A stretch of 40,000 nucleotides of DNA from Caminibacter mediatlanticus TB-2 (lineage in GTDB: Bacteria; Campylobacterota; Campylobacteria; Campylobacterales; Nautiliaceae). Position numbers and translations under genes: made by a program. The first letter of the stretch is position 1; every line of letters begins with the position of its first letter. Shown here piece by piece: positions 27,995 through 35,087 of this stretch. The notes under the pieces were generated by a model, which saw only the letters and a program-made list of their open reading frames with translations, was not told the DNA's origin and ran no database searches. The stretch is taken from positions 1,534,878 through 1,574,877 of the forward strand of contig NZ_CP040463.1 in the NCBI RefSeq assembly GCF_005843985.1, given 5' to 3'.

Positions 27995-28636
27995 ATGAGA
28001 AAAAGTTGTAGATTAAAAATAACATCATTTCCTATTGAAAAAATTGTAAATAAAGAAGACCTTCAAAAATTTCCTAAAATAAATTTTAAAAAAGGAGAAA
28101 TTTACTATCCAGAAGATATAAAATTACTTCTTATTGAAAAAGGAGAAGCAAAAGTTATTTTTGTTCATTCAGATAAAGAGTTTATTTTGTATTATTTAAA
28201 AGAAGGAAATTTTTATGTTATGCATCCTCAAACTTATTTAGAATTTAAAAAAGATTCAACTATCTATTTATTAGACCCAAATCAATTTAACGAATTATAT
28301 CAAAATAAAGACTTTGCTAATGCAATACTTAATAGTTTTACTAAAATAATGATGCTTGAAAAAGAAATAATTAAAGAACTCGCCTTTTATGAATGCGAAC
28401 AAAGAATTGCAAATTTTTTGTTAAACATTACTAAAAATTGCATAAAAGACCAAAATGATAATTATATTTTAAAAAAGAAATTAACAGTTACTGAAATATC
28501 CAATTTTATTGGAGTAAGAAGACAAACAGCTTCAAAAATTTTTAATCAATTTATTGAAGAAGGGATAATTGAAAAAAAAAGAGGAGATTTAATTATTAAA
28601 AATATAAAAAAACTTAAAGAGATTGTAAAAAGTTAG
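27995..28636 (+). CDS. Crp/Fnr-family transcriptional regulator
   Basis: 213 aa. N-terminal cNMP-type beta-barrel region and C-terminal HTH TEISNFIGVRRQTASKIFNQFIEEGII, which aligns with CRP [27 protein letters not shown]. No FNR-type N-terminal Cys cluster. TATAAT at 27972-77. Confidence 0.85.
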   Translation: MRKSCRLKITSFPIEKIVNKEDLQKFPKINFKKGEIYYPEDIKLLLIEKGEAKVIFVHSDKEFILYYLKEGNFYVMHPQTYLEFKKDSTIYLLDPNQFNELYQNKDFANAILNSFTKIMMLEKEIIKELAFYECEQRIANFLLNITKNCIKDQNDNYILKKKLTVTEISNFIGVRRQTASKIFNQFIEEGIIEKKRGDLIIKNIKKLKEIVKS

Positions 28637-28691
28637 TTTAAAGCTTATTCTAAATCTTCAACTCTTGATATAATTTGAAAAAAGGCTAATA

Positions 28692-30011
28692 ATGGAATTA
28701 TTTAGAAAAATTCCAAAAGTAGATAAAATACTTAGTAAATTAAATTATCCTAAAAAAGTTGCTATTCCTATTATTAATAAACACTTAAATAAACTAAGAG
28801 AAAATATAAAAAATGGAGTTATAAAAGAAATAGATGAAGATAATTTAATAAAAGAAATCGAATTAGAGATAAAAAAAGCTTTTTCTCCTTCTATGCTTAA
28901 TATTATAAATGCAACAGGAGTTATAATTCATACAAACCTTGGAAGAAGTTTAATTGATGAAGAAATTTTTGAAAAAGCAAAACAACTTTCAACTCGATAC
29001 TCAAATTTAGAATATAATTTAGAAAAAAGCAAAAGAGGAGATAGATACACTCACGCAAGTAAATTTTTAAGACTTCTTTTTGGATGTGAAGATGCATTAA
29101 TTGTAAATAATAATGCAGCAGCTGTGTTTTTAATTTTGAATACTTTTGCAAAAGATAAAGAAGTAATAGTTTCAAGAGGAGAATTAGTAGAAATTGGAGG
29201 AAGTTTTAGAATCCCAGAAGTTATGAAAGCAAGTGGAGCTAAATTAATTGAAGTTGGAACTACTAATAAAACAAAAATACAAGATTACAAAGAAGCAATA
29301 ACTGAAAATACCTCTATGCTTATGAAAGTTCATAAATCAAACTATACAATTGAAGGATTTAGTGAAGAAGCAAGTTTAGAAGAGATTGTTAATTTAGCAA
29401 AAGACAATAATCTACTTGATTATTACGACCTTGGAAGTGCTTATTTACCTCCTCTTCCATACAATTTAGGAAAAAATGAACCATCAATTTTTGATATAAT
29501 GAAAAAAAATCCAAGTTTAGTTAGTTTTAGTGGGGATAAACTTTTTGGAAGTGTTCAAGCTGGTATTATTTTAGGAAAAAAAGAGTTAATTGCAAAACTT
29601 AAAAAAAATCAAATTTTAAGAATGTTTAGAGTTGATAAAATCACTTTATCAATTATTGAGGCTACGGCATTAGAATATTTAAAAGAAAATTATGAAAAGA
29701 TACCTACCCTAAAACTTTTATATCAAAATGAAGAAAAGTTAATTAAAAAGGCAAAAAAGATTATTGAATTATCAGGTAAAGATTTAGAGATTAAAAAAAC
29801 ATTTACATATGTTGGTGGTGGGACTATGCCAAATAAAAAAATCCCATCAATTGCAATAGTATTAAATGGAAATCCTACAAAACTTGAAAAATATTTTAGA
29901 GAAAACCTAATAATAGGAAGAATTGAAAATGAAAAGTTTCTTTTAGATGTTAGGACAATTTTAGAAGATGAATTTGAAAAAGTAGCAAAAGTTATAAGGA
30001 GTTTAGATTGA
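28692..30011 (+). CDS. selA: L-seryl-tRNA(Sec) selenium transferase
   Basis: 439 aa. SelA strings MKVHKSNY and FSGDKLFGSVQAGII. Translationally coupled (TTGA) to selB. Confidence 0.9.
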   Translation: MELFRKIPKVDKILSKLNYPKKVAIPIINKHLNKLRENIKNGVIKEIDEDNLIKEIELEIKKAFSPSMLNIINATGVIIHTNLGRSLIDEEIFEKAKQLSTRYSNLEYNLEKSKRGDRYTHASKFLRLLFGCEDALIVNNNAAAVFLILNTFAKDKEVIVSRGELVEIGGSFRIPEVMKASGAKLIEVGTTNKTKIQDYKEAITENTSMLMKVHKSNYTIEGFSEEASLEEIVNLAKDNNLLDYYDLGSAYLPPLPYNLGKNEPSIFDIMKKNPSLVSFSGDKLFGSVQAGIILGKKELIAKLKKNQILRMFRVDKITLSIIEATALEYLKENYEKIPTLKLLYQNEEKLIKKAKKIIELSGKDLEIKKTFTYVGGGTMPNKKIPSIAIVLNGNPTKLEKYFRENLIIGRIENEKFLLDVRTILEDEFEKVAKVIRSLD

Positions 30012-31831
30012 GAAACATAATTATTGGGACTGCTGGACATGTAGACCATGGTAAAACTTCACTAATTGAAGCTATGACAGGATATAATGGAGATGAATTA
30101 GAAGAAGAAAAAGAAAGAGGAATTACGATTGATTTGAGTTTTACTAATATGAAAAAGGGGGATGTAAATGTAGCTTTTATCGATGTACCAGGTCATGAAA
30201 AGTTAGTTAAAAATATGATTAGTGGAGCTTTTGGATTTGATGCAACTCTATTTGCAATAGACACAAATGAAGGAATAATGCCCCAAACAATTGAACATTT
30301 AGAAGTTTTAGATATTCTAAAAGTTAAAAATATCATTGTAGCTCTTACAAAAAAAGATTTAGCTACACCTGAACTTATAGAAAAAAGAAAAAAAGAGATT
30401 AAAGAATTAATTTCTAAATTTAAAAATCTAAAACTTCTTGAAATTTTCCCTACTTCCATAAAAGATAAAGAATCTATTGATAAACTAAAAGATTATCTAT
30501 TTAATCTACCACCAAGAGAAATAACTCATTCAAAATTTTTTAGATACTATGTAGATAGAGTATTTAGTCTAAAAGGAATTGGGACAGTTGTAACAGGGAC
30601 AGTTTTAAGTGGAAAAGTAAAACTTAAAGATAAAATATATATAAATGAGACAAAAACTTTAACAAATGTAAAAAACTTACAAGTCCATGGAGAAAATGTA
30701 AGTGAAGCTTATACCCACCAAAGAGTTGCAATAAATTTAAATATTCCACACACAGAAATAAAAAAAGGTTATTTACTCTCAACTAAGGGATATTTAAGAG
30801 GATTTAATCGAATTGATGTATATGTGCATCCAGTGGAAGGAAAAGAATTATTTCATAATATGGAAATTTTATTTATTAGTGGTGCAAAAAGAGTTAGAGG
30901 AAAATTACTTTTTATAGATAAAGAAAAAGGACTTGCAACCATAAAACTTGATGAAAATGTATTTTTAGTTTACAAAGACCCTTTTGTAATTTTGCATCAA
31001 GGAAGAGTATATGGTGGAGGAGAAGTTTTAAATCCAATAAATGACCCTATTAAAAAGAAAAAGAAAAAAATCTATTTAGAACATCTAAAAGAAGGAGATT
31101 TATTAAAAGTATTTGAATTTTTAGTATCTCAACACAAAAAAGGATTTGGTCTACTTCAAGGCTATCAAAGATTTAACATCTCACCTAATGAAGCATTAGA
31201 AATTGCTAAAAACTTAAAAAATGCAATTGTTGATGAAGAAAATTTTAATTTATATCATATTGATGTAATCGATGAAATAAAAAAAATTATTAAAGATATT
31301 TATGAAAAAAATAGACTTGCTTTTATTTCACCCTCTTCTTTATCTTCACAACTTAAATGGGCAAGTGAATATTTAACAAAACTTGTTTTAGATGAATTTG
31401 TAAAAGAAGGATATCTGCAAAAAGAAGGAAACATATATAAAAGAAAAGATTTAGGAAATGTAAATATATTAAGCTCAGTTGAACAAAGACTCTATTCAAT
31501 ACTTGATAACGAAGGTTTAATGCCAGAGGCACCATATAACTTATATACAAGATTAAATATTGATAGAAAAGTTGGAGATAATGCCCTAAAAAAATTAACT
31601 TCTGCAAAAAAAGTAGTAAGACTATCTCATAATCTATTTGTAACTTCTAAAAATTTAACTATTGCAATTAATAAAATGAAAGATATTATTAAAAAAAGAG
31701 GATATATTGATGTAAAAGTATTTAAAGAAGAGATGCCAATGAGTAGAAAATATATTATTGCATATTTAGATTATTTAGACAATTTAGGAGACATTATTAA
31801 AAAAGATAATAAAAGATATTTAAAAACTTAA
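30008..31831 (+). CDS. selB: selenocysteine-specific elongation factor
   Basis: TTG start overlapping the selA stop. G domain AGHVDHGKT, DVPGHEK, TKKD. Long C-terminal winged-helix extension typical of SelB. Confidence 0.9.
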   Translation: MRNIIIGTAGHVDHGKTSLIEAMTGYNGDELEEEKERGITIDLSFTNMKKGDVNVAFIDVPGHEKLVKNMISGAFGFDATLFAIDTNEGIMPQTIEHLEVLDILKVKNIIVALTKKDLATPELIEKRKKEIKELISKFKNLKLLEIFPTSIKDKESIDKLKDYLFNLPPREITHSKFFRYYVDRVFSLKGIGTVVTGTVLSGKVKLKDKIYINETKTLTNVKNLQVHGENVSEAYTHQRVAINLNIPHTEIKKGYLLSTKGYLRGFNRIDVYVHPVEGKELFHNMEILFISGAKRVRGKLLFIDKEKGLATIKLDENVFLVYKDPFVILHQGRVYGGGEVLNPINDPIKKKKKKIYLEHLKEGDLLKVFEFLVSQHKKGFGLLQGYQRFNISPNEALEIAKNLKNAIVDEENFNLYHIDVIDEIKKIIKDIYEKNRLAFISPSSLSSQLKWASEYLTKLVLDEFVKEGYLQKEGNIYKRKDLGNVNILSSVEQRLYSILDNEGLMPEAPYNLYTRLNIDRKVGDNALKKLTSAKKVVRLSHNLFVTSKNLTIAINKMKDIIKKRGYIDVKVFKEEMPMSRKYIIAYLDYLDNLGDIIKKDNKRYLKT

Positions 31832-31832
31832 T

Positions 31833-31930
31833 TGGCGGAAGGGGGTAGGAATCGAACCTACCGGGCGACAGTCACCTGCCGCCCCACCGGGTTTGAAGCC
31901 CGGGGTGGCCACCAGGTCCACATCCCCTCC
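31833..31930 (-). tRNA. selC: tRNA-Sec (anticodon UCA)
   Basis: 98 nt: GGAGGGGA..CCGGG-CUUCAAA-CCCGG (anticodon UCA). Long variable arm GGGCGGCAG-GUGA-CUGUCGCCC. T arm GUAGG-UUCGAUU-CCUAC. 3' GCCA encoded. GC-rich island in AT-rich DNA. Confidence 0.93.
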
Positions 31931-31941
31931 AAAACTACGCT

Positions 31942-31950
31942 ATTTTACCA
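31942..31950 (-). promoter_or_regulatory. extended -10 promoter (TGGTAAAAT) for selC
   Basis: The reverse complement of 31942..31950 is TGGTAAAAT. The hexamer ends 11 nt upstream of the mature tRNA 5' end. Confidence 0.5.
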
Positions 31951-31969
31951 AAATAATATTTTTTAGTAA

Positions 31970-31985
31970 AGTTACACAAATGACA
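31970..31985. promoter_or_regulatory. half-site version of the TGTCA operator between selC and the selD-operon promoter
   Basis: The minus strand reads TGTCATTTGTGTAACT; its first 10 nt are identical to the focA site, and the second half is degenerate. The centre is 33 bp from both the selC -10 (31942-47) and a TAGAAT -10 (32008-13). Confidence 0.3.
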
Positions 31986-32019
31986 TTGAGTTTTATTAAT
32001 TTTTTGTTAGAATACTTTA

Positions 32020-32151
32020 AAACTTCTTACCTAAGGTTTAGGTACTCTTATCATATAAAATTGGCCTAAGGATTAGGCAATACAGAAGTAGCCTTCATTA
32101 ACTTCTGGTGTACAAATCAATCATAAAATGTTGTTAAATAAAGGAGAGAAA
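32020..32151 (+). promoter_or_regulatory. structured 5' leader of the yedF-selD operon (candidate cis-regulatory RNA or tandem operators)
   Basis: Hairpins UACCUAA-GGU-UUAGGUA (32028-44), GCCUAA-GGA-UUAGGC (32064-78) and CAGAAGU-11nt-ACUUCUG (32083-32107). ACUUCU at 32022-27 can alternatively pair with AGAAGU at 32084-89. Confidence 0.35.
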
Positions 32152-32736
32152 ATGAAAATAGATTGTAGGGGACTTGCATGTCCAGAGCCTGTAATTAAAA
32201 CAAAAAGAGCATTAGATGAAATTAATGAAGGTGTAATTGAAGTAATTGTAGATAATATTGCTTCAAAAGAGAATGTAAAAAGATTTGCTGAAAATCAAGG
32301 ATATAGTGTTGATGTAAAAGAAGACAATGGCATTTCAATTCTTACAATAGTAAAAGGTTATGAGTGTAAAATTGTAGAAGATAATAGTAATAATTTATTA
32401 AACAAAACTCTTTTATTTAAAGATGACAAAGTAGGAGAAGGAGAACTTGGAAAAAAACTTCTTAGAGGTTTTTTAAAAACTTTACTCGATTTTGATAAGT
32501 TACCAAAAACAATTATTTTTATAAATAGAGGTGTTTTTGTAACAACAAAAGAAGAATTTTCTGATGTCCAAGAAATATTAAAAGAACTTAATAAAAAAGG
32601 TGTAGAAATATACTCTTGCGGTCTTTGTATGGAACATTTTGGAATAAATCCAAAAGAGTTAAAAGTTGGGGAAATTGGAAATGCCTTTGGGACTATGGAT
32701 GCTTTACTTAATTCAGAAAATACAATTACTTTTTAA
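32152..32736 (+). CDS. yedF: long-form YedF-like selenium metabolism protein (TusA/SirA domain + DsrE-like C-terminal domain)
   Basis: Start taken at ATG 32152 (RBS AAAGGAGAG); an alternative ATG is at 32128. N-terminal domain MKIDCRGLACPEPVIKTKRAL carries the TusA CPxP motif. The C-terminal domain has YSCGLCMEHFG. Confidence 0.75.
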   Translation: MKIDCRGLACPEPVIKTKRALDEINEGVIEVIVDNIASKENVKRFAENQGYSVDVKEDNGISILTIVKGYECKIVEDNSNNLLNKTLLFKDDKVGEGELGKKLLRGFLKTLLDFDKLPKTIIFINRGVFVTTKEEFSDVQEILKELNKKGVEIYSCGLCMEHFGINPKELKVGEIGNAFGTMDALLNSENTITF

Positions 32737-32745
32737 GGAGACAAT

Positions 32746-33861
32746 ATGAAAAGAAGAGATTTTTTAAAAACAAGTGCAGTTTTAGGCTTAGTTTCAACAA
32801 TGCCGATTAGTTTAAGTGCAAATGAAAATAATGCTACAAGAAGATTTAATGTTAAATATATGTTTAATATTAAATATTATGAAAAAGAATATCCTGCAAG
32901 ACTTTGGAATCCAATGCCATATAATGCAGAATATCAGCATGTAAGATATTTAAATTTTGATGGTAATTATAATGATTATGATTTAAATACTAATAATGAA
33001 TATGACGCAAATACTTTTTATGCAGAATGGAAAAAATCTGATATGCCAAAAATTGTATTAATGGAAATGATAATTGAAACAAAATATAGAACAATACCAA
33101 TTGATAAAATTGAATACTTCTCAAAACAAAACTTACCTATTCCAAAAAATGTAAAAAAATATCTTGAACCTACTGCTCATATACCAACAGGAGGAATAAT
33201 TAAACAACTTGCAGATAGAATAACTCAAGGGAAAAAAGATAGATTTGAAAAAGTAAAAGCAATTTATTATTGGTGTGTATCACATACATTTAGAGACCCA
33301 AAAGTTATAGGATGTGGTAAAGGTGATGTTAATAAAATGGTAAAAAAACAAGATGTAGAAGATATTTATAAAAATGGATGGTTTGGTGGTAAATGTACAG
33401 ATTTAAGTTCACTATTTACAGCTTTAACTCGCGCAGCAGGAGTACCTGCAAGAGAAGTATTTGGTATTAGACTTGGAAAAAGTTATTTTTCTAAAGCTCT
33501 TGGAAAAAGTAATGACAAAGGATTTGCAAATATTACCACTTGGCAACATTGTAGGGCTGAGTATTATATTCCAGGAGCTGGATGGATACCAACAGACCCA
33601 GCTGATATTACAAAATTAATGCTTGTTGAAAATCTAAAATTTGACCATCCAAAAGTACAAAAATTAGTAAAAAAATATCTAAATTCTTGGGAAATGAACT
33701 GGGTTGGATTTAATCACGCAAGAGATTTTGTGCTTTACCCAAAACCAACTCAATATCCACTTAATATGTTTGGATATCCATATGCTGAGGTTAATGATGA
33801 AGTATTAAATTATTATGTACCAAAATCTTTTGAATACAAAATTACTTCGCAAGAGTTATAA
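32746..33861 (+). CDS. Tat-exported transglutaminase-like (Cys-His-Asp) protein
   Basis: Twin-arginine signal MKRRDFLKTSAVLGLVS. Transglutaminase core GGKCTDLSSLFTALTRAAGVPAREVFG, HCRAEYYIPGAGWIPTDPAD. Confidence 0.8.
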   Translation: MKRRDFLKTSAVLGLVSTMPISLSANENNATRRFNVKYMFNIKYYEKEYPARLWNPMPYNAEYQHVRYLNFDGNYNDYDLNTNNEYDANTFYAEWKKSDMPKIVLMEMIIETKYRTIPIDKIEYFSKQNLPIPKNVKKYLEPTAHIPTGGIIKQLADRITQGKKDRFEKVKAIYYWCVSHTFRDPKVIGCGKGDVNKMVKKQDVEDIYKNGWFGGKCTDLSSLFTALTRAAGVPAREVFGIRLGKSYFSKALGKSNDKGFANITTWQHCRAEYYIPGAGWIPTDPADITKLMLVENLKFDHPKVQKLVKKYLNSWEMNWVGFNHARDFVLYPKPTQYPLNMFGYPYAEVNDEVLNYYVPKSFEYKITSQEL

Positions 33862-33864
33862 TAA

Positions 33865-34452
33865 ATGGTTAAAAAAATTGATTGTAGAAATTTAGCCTGT
33901 CCTGAGCCTGTATTGAAAACAAAAGAGGCATTAGAAGAGATGGAAGAAGGAATTTTAGAAGTTAAGCTTAATTCCTTCTCTTCTATTCAAAATGTTAAAA
34001 GATTTGCTAAGAACCAAGGATTGTATATATCAGAAAAAAAAGATGGAAAAGATACGATAATATCAATTGTTAAAGGTTATGAATGTGAAATACCTTATAA
34101 GCAAACGAATGAATCAAAATCATTTTGGACTTTGATTATTGGAGCGGTTATAACAGCTTTTTTAGCAAGTACGTGTTGTTTAGGACCTCTTTTATTCTTA
34201 ATTTTTGGAATAAGTGTTGGTAGTCTTTCTTTTTTACATATATTTGCACCATATCATATATACTTTTCAATCGCAGCAGTATTAATTATTTTGTATTTAT
34301 GGGGCAATTGGTTTTTTAAATTAAGAAAAAAACCTGTTTGTGAGGGAAGTATTTGTAAAAACTATGTAAAATACCTAACAATTGGTACTATATTTGTAGC
34401 AATTTTAGTTACTTATCCTTATTGGGCTCAATATATTTTAATAGGAGAATAA
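33865..34452 (+). CDS. TusA-domain / MerT-like membrane protein fusion
   Basis: Residues 1-75: KIDCRNLACPEPVLKTKEAL (TusA). Residues about 85-195 align along the whole length of Tn501 MerT: ASTCCLGPLLFL (MerT ASACCLGPLVL), APYHIYF (EPYRPIF) and cytoplasmic-loop pair CEGSIC (CKPGEVC). Three TM segments. Confidence 0.8.
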   Translation: MVKKIDCRNLACPEPVLKTKEALEEMEEGILEVKLNSFSSIQNVKRFAKNQGLYISEKKDGKDTIISIVKGYECEIPYKQTNESKSFWTLIIGAVITAFLASTCCLGPLLFLIFGISVGSLSFLHIFAPYHIYFSIAAVLIILYLWGNWFFKLRKKPVCEGSICKNYVKYLTIGTIFVAILVTYPYWAQYILIGE

Positions 34453-34453
34453 A

Positions 34454-34726
34454 ATGAAAAAATTAATTTTATTAATTCCTTTTTTATTATTTGCAACAAA
34501 AGAAGCAATAATTGATGTTAAAGGAATGACTTGTCCTTTATGTACTACTGCAGTAAAAAGAAGTTTAAAAATGACTCCGGGCGTAAAAAACGCAAAAGTA
34601 TTTTTAAATACACATACTGCTTATGTTATTTTTGATGAAAAAAAAGTAAATACAGAAAAACTTATTCAAGCTATAAGAAATGTTGGATATGATGGAAAAA
34701 TAATCAAAATAAAGGAGGTTAAATGA
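34454..34726 (+). CDS. MerP-like periplasmic heavy-metal-associated (HMA) protein
   Basis: 90 aa. Signal peptide, then VKGMTCPLCTTAVKRSL (GMTCxxC) and a ferredoxin-like HMA fold pattern. Confidence 0.8.
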   Translation: MKKLILLIPFLLFATKEAIIDVKGMTCPLCTTAVKRSLKMTPGVKNAKVFLNTHTAYVIFDEKKVNTEKLIQAIRNVGYDGKIIKIKEVK

Positions 34727-35079
34727 AATTTTTATTTATTTTTAATCATCAGCCATATGATGGAAGCGATCTTACATGGAACGGTTTAAGACTTGCAAAA
34801 AATTTACATAATAGAGGACATGATGGTAGAATTTTTTTAATAAGTGATAGTGTGGATTTAGCAAGAGATTGTGTTAAAAAACCAGAAAACTACGATAATG
34901 ATTTAGTTGCAATGTTAAAAGAGATGTATAATAATGGAGTTAAATTAAAAGTATGTGGTACTTGCCAAGCAAGATGTGGTATTTATAAAAATGAACCATA
35001 TTTTGATGAGAAAATTAAAGCTACAATGAATGATTTAGCTAATTGGTGTGAAGAAGCAGATAAAATTATTACATTTTAA
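34723..35079 (+). CDS. DsrE/DsrF(TusD)-family sulfur/selenium-relay protein
   Basis: 118 aa. MKFLFIFNHQPYDGSD..GLRLA and VCGTCQARCGI are typical of the DsrE fold and its conserved Cys region. 4-nt overlap with the merP-like gene. Confidence 0.7.
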   Translation: MKFLFIFNHQPYDGSDLTWNGLRLAKNLHNRGHDGRIFLISDSVDLARDCVKKPENYDNDLVAMLKEMYNNGVKLKVCGTCQARCGIYKNEPYFDEKIKATMNDLANWCEEADKIITF

Positions 35080-35087
35080 GGAAAGAA

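Noticed and set aside
32128-32151. Longer yedF start at 32128 (MLLNKGEK...)
   Set aside because: ATG 32152 is preceded by AAAGGAGAG at ideal spacing and starts exactly like the TusA domain of the paralogous fusion (MKIDCRGLACPEP versus KKIDCRNLACPEP). The upstream ATG remains possible.
33865-34726. MerT-like and MerP-like genes read as a mercury resistance (mer) operon
   Set aside because: No merA reductase, merR regulator or MerR-type operator is in the window. The genes sit inside a tight operon with yedF, dsrE-like and selD, and MerT is fused to TusA. Hg handling is not formally excluded and is listed as the refutation test.
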